Source: Plasmodiophora brassicae
Taxonomy: Eukaryota
Reading direction: 5' to 3'
Assembly: GCA_036867785.1 (NCBI GenBank)
Contig: CP145417.1
Span: 496,001-560,000, forward strand
DNA: 64,000 nt
In this document: positions 12,625 to 24,600 of the stretch, in pieces
Layout of the letters: every line of letters starts with the position of its first letter
How positions within the stretch are numbered: the first letter of the stretch is position 1
Translations under genes and position numbers: made by a program
Notes under the pieces: model-generated
What the model saw: only the letters and a program-made list of their open reading frames with translations
What the model was told of the DNA's origin: nothing
Database searches by the model: none

Positions 12625-13530
12625 ATGTACCAAGAGCTAACCCAGGCGTTCAACGAACCGCTGAACCGCAGTGACAATGACGATAATGGAGTGGGGGTAG
12701 AGATCACCGACCGCCTGAGGCCAGATCCAGAGCAGGCCGCGCGCGCCCCTCTGGAACCCGACCGTCATTCCGTGCAACGTTTCCAAACTCTCCTCATGCA
12801 CGCCGCTTCCATGATGATCGTAAGACGTCACCGGGCGCGTTTCGCTACTCATTCTCAGTGGTGTGATGTGATCAGGTGTCCTCCAGCATCGTTGTCCTGT
12901 TAACGATGCTGCACATGGGTGTCCCCAAGCTGGGAGCCATGCCGATGTCAGTTGCTGTCGCGGCCCTGATTGCACTGGCGACCATCGCGTTGGCCAGCAC
13001 GATGCTGATCTACAAGAACCGGCTAAACAACTTGGACGCGTACCTGACCGGTTTGCTTATCTTCGCGGTCATCATGGGCTCGTGTACCATTGTTATGATC
13101 CTGCAGCCGGACGCTCGTGGATTCCTGGACAAATGGGCGCAGACGCGTCCGTGCATAGATGGATCGTTCGTCTGCACGCGTGCATGCTGACGATTGCGAC
13201 AGGCTCCGATGAGAAGGCGTCCATAGCAATGGCGCTGGGGCTGGACCGAAAGGACACGGCCAGAGCGGGGGCAGCTGTTGCTTATGAGAACGTGTTGATC
13301 GCGAAAGAGCTCTCCTTGTTTATTTGTCTCGTGTTCCTGACGCAGGTTCGGGATGCCGTTGCGCGAGGCGCGTCTCAGATGTGGTCTGAAGTTCGCTCTT
13401 TACATAGGCTTTGGGTGTGTATGCTGTCGTGAACCTCCTCAATCTCACCGAGGAACCGACGTTGAACAGGAGGCCCTCACAGGCTCTGGCAACTATGATG
13501 CGATCTCTGCGAGACGCCGGCCTTCTGTGA
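12625..13530 (+). CDS. Four-TM tetraspanin-like membrane protein
   Basis: Three clustered TM segments, a loop, then a fourth TM (LFICLVFLTQ|ALGVYAVV after intron 13346-13407). Confidence 0.45.
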
Positions 13531-13786
13531 CCCCAATCAGACCTGAAGTGTCACCAATATACAGGACAGGAGATGCCTTCGAAGTGCTTGGCACTCGGGG
13601 GACGTTGTATTCGCTGTCTTTAGCATCCAGCCGGTTCGAGTTGAACATAACGAATAACGTTTACCTGAAGGGATTAATCTGGTGATTAGCCGGGCAGCCT
13701 TCCGACCTCTTCGCTCAAACTGATGGTCTGTGTTGCCAAAGTCGTAATTACTATTGTAAGTAGCCGCCTGTTAAACGTCGACCGCG

Positions 13787-14638
13787 ATGGTACACCCGTG
13801 GTACCTGCTGTTCAAAGCGAACCCGATGGTCTGCTCGCAGCAGACGCTCGTATACTTCCGGGTCATTGCTGCCGTCTTCTTGACGGGCAACGTGGCCTGG
13901 GCGGTCTCAGGGCTCTTTCCTGCGTGGGGCGATCAGGCGATCTCGATCGGCCATCCGCGGTACGTCTACCTGACGAATCTGTCATCCATCCTCGACATGT
14001 TATTCTTCCTGTGTGCCGCCCCCGTTACGTTCCTGCAGTGGCGTCATCCCAAGAAGAGCCCCGCCCCAACCGGCGTCCAGCGTGTCATCCACATGCTATA
14101 TGAATTGTTGGTTATCGCGAAACCCCGAATGGGCTGTCTCTGACCGGTTCCGAATTTTAGGGCGTTGACCGTATCCACGCTGGTCATGCTCATGTTCTGG
14201 ACGGCTGTGTTCCCCAAGTCGTCGAAGTTCCTCAAGAAGCATGGCCTGGAGATGACACCAGGCATGTGGTACAAGAACATTGCCGACCACTTGATATTCA
14301 CGGTCCTGATGGGGCTCGATTTCGCGTTCTCGGGAGCGACCATGTATCCACCCCATTTCTTGTTCATCGTCATCAGCGTGCTGGTCTACGCGTGCGTCAA
14401 CTGCATATCCCGATTCCTGCACGGCACCGCCGTCTACCCCGACATCAACTTCGAGAACGCGTACACGTACGTCCTGCTCGGCGCGTCACTCGCCCTTCTC
14501 CTCTTCCTGTACTATATCTTCTACACCGTCGGCCTCAGCAAGCCGACCCCGAAGTCGATTGCTGACAACGAGGCCCAGCAGCGCGACCCAGAGCCAGCCG
14601 ACATCGAACAACGCACGCCAGGCGCCGAGCAGGCTTGA
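13787..14638 (+). CDS. FAR-17a/AIG1-like (rolling stone-like) multi-pass membrane protein
   Basis: YLTNLS, FWTAV, DH and terminal VYP..F motifs; about 6 TM; one intron near 14100-14160. Confidence 0.6.
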
Positions 14639-14885
14639 CCGCACATTTGGTATATGTATCTACTACCTATACACAATCCTTGTGGGTGCGTCATCGACAT
14701 CGAATCGTTCATGAGCGTCCGGGTCGGGTCGGGACGGGAAACAGCGTCGTGATGTATTTTTGCGCCAGCTTGGACTGCATTCTGTGCGTTCATGAATTCA
14801 GGGGGCCGTGGTGTTGGCGTGTTGCACGCTGCAGTGCAGTGCAGCTCCAACTCAGGTCATTTGCATTTTGCTGTCGGGGTTTGGG

Positions 14886-16584
14886 ATGGTCTCACTGATG
14901 TCGCGGTTCGGCCCGCTGGAGGAGCTGCTGTCCGCGCCGATCCAGGATGCCATGTCGGGTCGGAAGGCGATCGTTCTGTCGGCGGCTACGTCGGTCAGGC
15001 AGGCCGTGGCGACGCTGGCGGAGAACAGGATCCTGTCGGCGCCTGTAGTTGAATCGGAGGGGGCCGTCCGCGGATTCGTGGACTACATGGACATCGTGGC
15101 GTACATGAGTGCCACTGGGGATATTGAGAAGCGCTTTACTGATCGCGTTGATGCAGTTGCAGGTGAATGGGTTGTATGGTCTCCGTACATGTAGAACCTA
15201 TCTGACTCCCCATTGCTCAGGACAGTCGAAGCTCAACCCGTACGTGTGTGGTTAGGTGGTTCCCGTTGTGTGGAGTGATAATTGTCTGTGAACTTGTAGG
15301 TATTTGCACCTACTGGGTACCACTCCGATCAAGACCGTTGTGGAGATCTTCTCTTCAGGAATCCACCGCTGCGCCGTTTTTGACCGGGAAGCCCAAGTGT
15401 CAGGAATGGTCTCACAATCTGATATCGTGCGTTATATTGCCAAACACATCCATGAACCGCACTTGCAAGCATATGCGAACGCTACGGTAGCTCATGCTGG
15501 ATGGGGAAATCGCCCGGTAAGTGGTCACGCCTGTTTCGCCGCCACAACTGCCAACAGGATTGCGGTTAATCAGGTCACATCAGTTCGCGAAGGCGAATCC
15601 GTTAAGAATGTGATCATGTTAATGCATGAGCGCGGCGTTTCCGCTGTTGCAATTGTTTCGCGCACAGGGACGCTTGTGGGGAACTTTTGTCTGTCTGACA
15701 TGCGAGGGATACACGAGCATAATTTCGAGCGAAAGCTTAATACCTGTGTTGTCGACTACCTTCAAGGTATAACGCGCGTCGATGTTCCAATGACACCTTT
15801 GCTAATGCAACGTCGTACAGCTGAAAGCCCAGACTCTTTGCGTGCAGCATGCACGACTTTGAAGAGCACAGTCGGCGATGTTATTCGCGCACTTGCAACT
15901 GAGCGCCTGCATCGTTTGTGGTAGGTTCTGGATAGCTGTCCCTGACGACCCAGGCCTAAAGCAGTATTTGAAAGGATCGTTGAACAAGACCACCCAATTG
16001 GAGTCGTCACTTTGACCGACGTCATGACTTCTTTAGTCCGATTCGGCCCTGGGTTTAGTCATGTTGGTCGCGATTTGCCGATTCCCGGCTCACTAACGGT
16101 CTGTCCGCATCGTACGTATGCGCGTTCGCTTGCTGATTGCGGCAGGTTGACATTCTTGGCTGCCATGGAATCCATGGGTCGTGGCTAACGAAACCATATG
16201 TCGTTGCACTGATTCCCGGTCAACTTCGCGCTCAATTTGTGACACCTGTTGCTGAGGAGAGCCATGAGCCGCGCTGGCCATCTCATCCTTTCAAAATACC
16301 GATTGACAAGAGCAATGCTCGAGACAGCCTTGTCTTTCTTGTCAAATCCCAAAGGTTCATCGGCGCCGATGACGACCTGGGATACCTGGCAGGTCGGCGA
16401 ACGCTACCAGCTAGGACGCATCCTAATTTTGAGTACAGTTTCGTTCGACTGGGTGCTGTCGGGATTCGGTGCTGGCCCTGGCTGCACTAAGATTGATGAT
16501 TGGTTCGCTCTTAAACCTCGGTCCGCCGGCGAGGCCGATTGTGGCCAGCTGCGACTTTCAATGGTGTATGAACCCACAGCCTAG
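14886..16584 (+). CDS. CBS-domain protein (four CBS) with C-terminal C2 domain
   Basis: CBS motifs ILSAPVV..GFVDYMDI, IHRCAV..GMVSQSDI, VSAVAIV..GNFCLSDM, LHRLW..GVVTLTDV. Intron 16099-16145 joins in frame to C2 (GSLT|VDILGCHG..PYV..PRW..DDDLG..WFAL..GQLRLSM). Confidence 0.75.
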
Positions 16585-18638
16585 GGTTGGTCGGCGTAAA
16601 CAACATTGCTTGAGGTCTCTAACTATTAAAGGTATGAGAACGATAGACGATGACGCGGTTGCGGATATTCGACGATTGGCATGTACGCGAAGGGCTCAGA
16701 ATTCTAAACAGGCGTAGTTCCTCGCAGAATACCATTTCGCTGTTAGAACTCGACGGTACTCTCGCCTGACGACATGGTCATCGTGTGTGCGCCTTGACCA
16801 AACTTGTCGCGCGCTTCCTCGCGTCTCGGACGTCGCATTGACGCCGTTGACGGCCGCTGCGGTTGAGACGGTGCTGGGACCGCGTAACTGCTGGGTCCAG
16901 ACATCTGATCGAAATTCAAACTTCACATTCATGATCTGCGTCTGGTAGCAGGTAGGCATGGACGTACGCTCATGTCAAGCGACGCAGGTGAATAATATTG
17001 CAGAGATGGAGAGGGTACGTGCACAGCTATTGGCACTTGATAAGGGTTCGTGTACAGAGGCTGTGCAGTGGACACCGCTGGGTCGTGTCTCCAGCGCTTC
17101 AAGCAGCACGCTATGATTATCGCAAGGATCAGTCCTGCAGCACATCCTCCGAGCGCCACCATGGTGATCGACAACGGCAGCGACCAGCTCTCAGATCCGG
17201 ACGACACGCCTGCTCCCGTGCGGGCTGGGGCTGACGTGGGTCTCACATTGACCATCGTTCTTGCAGTGTTCGAAGCAGTCGCCAGTCTGGAAACGCTGGT
17301 ACTGATTGCGAAGTTGCCTGTCGACAGTGTGGATTTCCGGGACGATGTTTTACGTCGCCCAGCTTGATGTGATGCGGTAGATCTCCACAACGGATTTGTC
17401 TCCACGAGGCGCATGCTGGTCGTCGCAGTTCTCTTCCCACGACGAATTGTAACTGACGACATTTTCGCACTGGAGTATGCTGATCCTTTGCACTGGACAA
17501 CGACGGCGAGCCATTTGCGAACGCCAGGTGCCGGGTCCGGTGCGAACGTCGTGTCGTCGGCCGTTACGCTGCATGACGTTCTGTTTAAGCATAGCTGCCC
17601 AACGATGGCCAGGCTGGTATTTGCGTGCACGGGTCCAATCATGAACAGAGGGAAATCGCCCTGCGGTGTCCCGTACGATGCGAACAGGATGCGCGCGATC
17701 CTGGACCCGCCCACAGGGCACGATACGCTCAACGTGCCGTTCGTAGCGGGCGTCGATTCCGGAACAGTTGGCGAATTCGGCAACCATTCATAGGCGAACC
17801 CTCCGGCCAAGTTCGAGTCGGCCTGGTACGACGGCTGTCCGCTCCTGAACGACATGGACAGGGGCGCTGTCGCAGATTTGATCTGGTTCAGCTCTGCCGC
17901 GCCTAGCGCCCTGTCGTACAGCGTAACGTTATGCAGGACGGCCAGAGCGGTCTGGATTCGGAAGTCGGTGCTGAACACGGCAGACTGGTTTAGCGGAAGC
18001 GACTGCCCGTTCGTATTGCCAGGCAGTAGCATCAAGTTGGTGGTGGAGTTCGTGGCGTAGTACAGATTGAGCTGATGAGCGGGTTTCGACACCGTGTTGT
18101 CGATGACAATGGCGAGGAACATCCAGTGGCCGAATCCAGCGGCCTGGACCGAGGCGGGCGTGATGGCGCCGTAGTTCGAGCCCGCCCAGCCCGTGCTGAC
18201 GTGCAGCCGGTTAGGCAGGGCGAGGTACACGGCCGGCAGTCGCGAATCGTCGCTGGGCGTCGTCACTGTACGCACGGTGAACAGGCTCAGGTAGGGCCAC
18301 CCGCCCTGGTTCAGGAGTTGGTTCCACGGGTCCAGGTAGACCCACATTGTGAACGTGAACGTCAGCGAGGCCGGTGACTCGGCGTATGGCGGTGGACTCG
18401 GCGCGATGAACGCGCGCCAGATAGGAAATTTTTTGTTGTTCCGCGGGACGACACCAGGTTCTCGTTCCGCGGGACGAATCCCGCTTGTCGTCCCGCGAAA
18501 TTAATCCTACTATTAATCAATGAGCGCGGAGTTGCCTGTACTCCTGAACGTGCAGTCCGCCACGGCCCACCCAGCTGCGGACCGCGCCGTCCGCAAACAG
18601 TGTGCGTCGTTGAGCGACCTGGTGTCAGGGTGACAGCA

Positions 18639-21600
18639 ATGGCTAATGACGATGAGATCGTCCACTGGTTTCTGGCGAACCGCATCTCGGCTGAACAGCT
18701 AGCGAGTTACCTCAGCGTTCAAGGCTCGGACGTTGATGTTCCGGAGATCGATACTTGCGAAACAGGCGATCCAAAGGACATCGACGTACAACAAGACAGC
18801 GTGCACCCGCCAACAGTCGAAGATCCCATTTTCCATTCCGATGATGGTGAAATGGGGGACGACCCGGATTATTCCGATGGCGACGCCACCTGGGTTCCGG
18901 CACCAGCCATGGCCTTCGACAGTCATGTCGAGTTGAAACTTTTTCTGGAAACCTACGCCAGGAAAACTGCCTGTCATGTCAGTAACTCTTCCATTCCGTT
19001 GTTCGGCGTCGAATGAAATTTGCCCTTCGTCTCAGATCAACGTCCAGTTCAAAGCTTTTGCAACAAAGGAACGCTCCGTCAAATTGTTTGGCCACGACGG
19101 TGCGTGGGCGCGAGGTCGGTCCCTCGTTGTAGTCGATAACCGTATTGATAACCCTAACTATAACCCTCAGGCCACGCATACTGCAATTTTAAGGAGCCAG
19201 GCAAGAAAAAAGATCGAACCATTCGAACAACTTGCACGCTCAGAATTCCTTTCACGTACGACGTAAAGCAACGCAAGTACGTCGTGAAGGACGCCAACTT
19301 TTGTCTCGACCACAACCACCCAGTGGAACTTCCGTCGAGTAATGGCGTTCGTGTCACCCATCAACGTGACCTGACCAAGGAACAAGCGTCCGCAATTCTT
19401 GCGCTGGGCAAATATTCCCTTCCGTTCCCAATGGTATATCGTTTTACGTTTGATCTGCGCAACTGGTTTTAATGACTGGAGTTTAGGTTGTTAAGATGCT
19501 TGCTGATCAGTTTCCTGATGTCACATTTGGAAGACCTTTATTGCATCGAATGCTGAGAACGGGAAAGCTGCGGGCTTTCGGAGGCGACCCAAATGCTATG
19601 AATCTTCTGGCAAAATTGGGAGAACACTATCGAGAGGAAGGAGGGGTGTTTGAATTCGATATTGACATCGATTGTCGCCTACAGAAAATTTGGTTGGCTC
19701 GTCCTCAAGGACTGCAGTTCGCGGCAATGTATAATGATGTCGTACAACTCGATGGTGGTGCCAAGATGAATGCTTACGGTTTCACGTTTCTTCCTGCAAC
19801 AGTCATTGACTGTTTGGGTATGTTTTCTGTACCCTGGTTTTCACCTCACCGAATAATATGTCGATAGGGAAGTCTTATATTGTTGGGGCTATGGCTGGGC
19901 CGTCGGCTGAGAACAAAGATGATGTTGTCAAGACTCTTAAGGTGTTCGGGTTGTGCCGCCCCGGTAGTGTTCTCATAGCAGACGAAGCTCTAGCATTTGG
20001 CGCCGCTGCAACACACTGTGGTATGCTGTACCACCAGTGCACCAAGCACTACCAAGCGAAAATCGTCACAGCCAGCGCTGGTACGATTGTGACTGGGGTC
20101 GTTTTCGATAATCTCATCATTGAAATTAATAGGACTTGGCCATAACGCCAAGACATTCGTTGCGAACGCAAACGCGCTTGTATACCATATCTTTGAGTCG
20201 GAACATGCATTTCTGGCGAAATGCTTGGAATATCGCTCATCGTTTGACGTGTACCCCAGAGCGGTCGCAGTCATTGATGACATCATTGGGAAACGGCGGC
20301 GTCTCTGCCGCACATTTACATGTACCGTGTTCACAGGTGCGCATTCGTCAAACCAACGTGCTGAAGGAACGATTAGCCGGAGCAGACGCGGTGTCAGCGC
20401 CTACCTGGAACGCGCCAATCTATTCGAGATGTTCAAGCATTTAGAGCAAATCCAGACCCAGCAAGAGGACGAGGCGTCCAGAGTGCTGTCCAACCTCATA
20501 CGCAACAACCGGGACGTAAGCGACTACGTCGAATCGATATTACGAAGCAACCAACTGGATTCGCGACTTCTGAGTGCCGTCGGTGAGCTGGATTCAGGTG
20601 GGCCTGTGACACTGCTGTTCTGGTGATATCTCACGCTTTTCTCAGGGGAGTATACGGTCGGGACCCAGGAACATCCTGAAAAACACGTTGTCACGTTGGA
20701 TGATTCGGTGTTCGGGGGTATTCCGTCGTGTACATGTACTGATTTCAGGTGCAATCTGGTGTTTCTACGTGGGGTTGCTTTTCTAATTTACCAGCGCTAG
20801 GTCCACCCTAATTCCGTGTAGCGGGATATGCGCTGTCTTCAGCCGCCTTGAGGACGACGTCTTCAGTGTATGCAACATCCATCGTCGGTGGTGGCTTCGG
20901 TTGCACCCGTTGTATGACAGCATCAGGAGAAATCTTCGGATCCCGGACGCACATCCAGTTGCTCGTGGTGCAACAGGACCGTTGTGCGCCGGTACCCGTA
21001 CTGGTATCCCCTCAGACGACAAGTCAGGCGAGCCATCCGTTTCATTTCACGATGATGACATCTACCACAAAATCGTATATCCTTCAAGGCCGAACATCCG
21101 GTATCGGATCCTGTCGGAAGCGTTTGCGCGTTTGGCTCTTGACGCTAAGTTGAACGAGCATTTGTACCGGCGTGCCATGTCGACGTTCACTTCGCTCCAA
21201 ACGGAATTTCAAATGTACCTTTCTGGTGCCCATCGTGGCCCTGAACCTAAGGTTGAGCGCTCTGTCGTCCTGCCACCGCTACGACGCGCAGCGAATCGCG
21301 GCAGGCGTCCCGATTCTGTGTCGCGCCTTTCCCGTCTTGATCGGCAACAACCTCCGAATGCAAGGCAACCAGCCAGGTGCCGTTTGTGTATGCAACATGG
21401 CGTTACCTCAACGGATCACCGCAGTGGCAAACGATGTCCATTCTTCAGCTCGAGCAATCAACCCAGCGTTTCTCGAGATTGTCGTCGAGGTATTTCGCGG
21501 CCTGTCTAATGTGGCGTTGTCCTCATTGAAATTGTTTCTGTTACAGAAGGTCCAGCTCGCGATCCCGATGGCATAGTGCCCGACGAGTGCGATTCCTTGG

Positions 21601-24600
21601 GGAACGACGAATACTTCGAACATGATCTGCTTGCTGAGGAGCCGTTTGACGACGATGATGACGTCTTCGAAGTGTTGGGCGAGGCACACCAAGTCGCCGA
21701 AGTTGGGTATCCCGAAGGTGTAGATGGAAACGCCGAACTTAACGAAGGCGATCTCTGTCGCGGTGCTTCTGCTCGTGAGTGCGGTTTACGTACACTCCTG
21801 ACTTGCGGCTCACTTCGTTGTCAGGTTTGTCGAACGCTTCAGAGCAAGTTCCGACTCCCATCGATCAATCGTTCGCAGGTGATAACGCATACGTCGTACA
21901 TACTAATGCTTCCAAAGTCCAACTGAATCCTGGTGGCTGGTGCAGATAGCGGAACCATTGCGACCTCGTCTTCATCGGTGAATCGGGTGTGGGCAACGAT
22001 TCAGGATCCGAAGTCATCGTTTGACCAAAGCCTGGACGCTATCCGATCGTTGTCTTACGTCGACCTGAGCAACCGTCTTCAACCGAAAGGGGTGGTGGCG
22101 AACGTGAACGCGCTGGACGATGCTCCGTTCTTGATGCCACGAGTGATTGTTGAGAAGTGTCTTTCAACTGAATATTCGTTTCCATGCGTTAAAATCACTG
22201 GCATAGGTGTTGTCACCAGGCAAGGCGATTGTATCCATGCAGTGCGTGTGTCTGACTGTAATGCTTCTAGGAAGCTGGTACAAACCATGCAAAGCGTTTT
22301 AGGGTACAAGGAAGATATTGTGGACCGCATGGACAAGGTATACAAGTGGTTGGGGGATGAGAAACAGTTCGTCATTGCGAATTATATGTTCGAGCCCCAA
22401 AACGTCGCTGAGATGCGGGAGGCCGTTACAGCAGACCTCTTCAACAAACCGTTCGGCGCAGATATTCGCCCGCATGTAAAGTCCAGGCACTTGTTCGCGC
22501 ATCTGGCTTGCGATGAGTGGTTATCGGATGAAGTCATGAATGGCGCCGTCGATCAATTCCTGGGGGAACAACTGGAAGCAAGAGCAGATACGCCAGGGTT
22601 TGTGCAACAGTTCGAATCTATCTGTTCGCTCTACCTATCTGTCCAAGCCGAAAGCGTTTCCGAACGTTTTGAGCAGGGCCGCCTCTACGAGAGCAGCATC
22701 CTTTTCCCTGTCAATGTCAGTAACCAATCTTGTACATGCCAACAGTCGGCACTGATATTTGTCTGTGGCAGATTGACAATGCTCACTGGTGTGGTATCGT
22801 CGCTGACCGTCCGAAACAGACTGTGTACCTCTACGACCCCATGATGCGGGACTCGTATCGTGCACAGCTGCTCCAGTTGTGGACCAAATTCGTCGTTCCA
22901 CGAATTCCTGATGGAAACGAGTTCACGATTGTGTTGGTGAAACCGTTCCCAAAGACGTACCCAACTGTTCATCCAGAGTACCAGTACTCAGATGATGCTG
23001 CTCAGATGCTGCTGCCACCCGGTCACATGATCATGACCGTACTCGACCCCGCAGCGGCCCTTGCTGTGACGATCCTGTCCAAATACATCAGTTCGTTATA
23101 TCACCAGGCGCCGACTCTTGCGACCGACCGCCCCCGTAGTGGGCAGCGGCGGCGTTAGCACAGAAGCTTCTTGCGCAAAGAGCCCCAAGCAAACGAACTC
23201 ACTTAATGGCAGGAGGTGGCCGCAGAGCGCCCGTTCGTCTACAGATGGAGGACGACGCCAGGACCAACTCCGACGCCGAGGCCAAGGAGCATGAATCGTC
23301 GACAGATGACGAAATCGATCGAGGGCTTCAGTCAACAAACCTGCACGGTAAGAGCCCGATCTTTATGCCTTTGAAACCGCCCATCCTACGTACCCTGAGC
23401 CTTACGGCCAAGGACGGAATTAACGATTTCCTCAAGAAATATAGGAAACACGTCGAGATCGTTAACGAGCGCCGACTGATCTACAAGGAGGATATTCATC
23501 CGCCAACGGTGAAGTCATGCATTACCGAGGACGTCCTCAGAGGGATGTCGAAATATCGCCTACGTCAACCCGCCAGCACGATCACGGATGGCGACATCAT
23601 GAGCTACTTGAGGTCAGTCCAACGCAGGGAGGCTGATGTCGAGAGTTCGACAGACATCAAGGCGCTTCTCACGAAGACAGTGGTCATGAACCTGTCAATC
23701 AAGAGTATTGAGGAACGTGTCACGTCTTTCTTCGCCAAGTTCGATGAGCTAATCGACGACTATGGGCTACAAGACACATACGCCAAAGGAACGAAAGGAA
23801 CCAAGCGCAAGATCAAGGTATTACGCGGAGGTATCCGTCCCACTGACCTTGCGGTTCTAGTCGAACGCGCGATCGAGTTCGGAGGGTGCAGGGACGCTGA
23901 GAAGGACGAGCTCAAATTCTTCGACCTCGTCGACCGTCTTGCCAAAGAGCAGGACAAACACTTCCGGCTGCAAGCTGAGAAGAAGAAGTCTCCAGCGCAG
24001 ACCATGTCCCCACCTGCAGGTAAGAAAGGTAAGGACGTTGTTGCTCCGAATAGGAATGGCGGCAAGCATCCGACAAATCCGATCGGACTGAAGACAGCTC
24101 AATCGTCCACATCGCAAACGAAAGACGAATCGAGGGACATCCCCGAGCACATCCGAAAACGTTTCGAAGGTAAGGATCCTCCAAAGGCAGGTTGCCTAAT
24201 CTGCAAGGAGCAGCACTGGGTCCAAGTGTGCCCGAAGGCAACTCAAGGAGAACGCAAAGCTGCCATTGAAAAGTTCCAGAAAGAGCGCAAAGAGAAGGAG
24301 GAGAGTAAGGGCAACGCAGACACGGCAAAGCGCATGGGCCCGCCGTCGCCGTCAACACCGTCCCCTATGAGACTTCGCTTCCAGAACTCGCTCGACCTTC
24401 CATTCGAAGCCGATAGTGGTGCGACGAAGACCGTCATTTCGCAATCGCAACTGCTACGGATTCAAGCCATCCAGCATGTCCCAGTCAAAGTGTTCGACCA
24501 TCCAACGGAGGCGAAACTTGCAACGATCGGGGCTACGACAACAATTGTCGCCACAGCGATCGTGGACATCACCATTGTCCCACCTTCGCATGGCAAACCT

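Noticed and set aside
23140-23185. Tf1-type self-priming pairing between the PBS region and the LTR
   Set aside because: Best match (ctcttgcg vs cgcaaagag) is short, gapped and offset; nothing equivalent in Gypsy 2.
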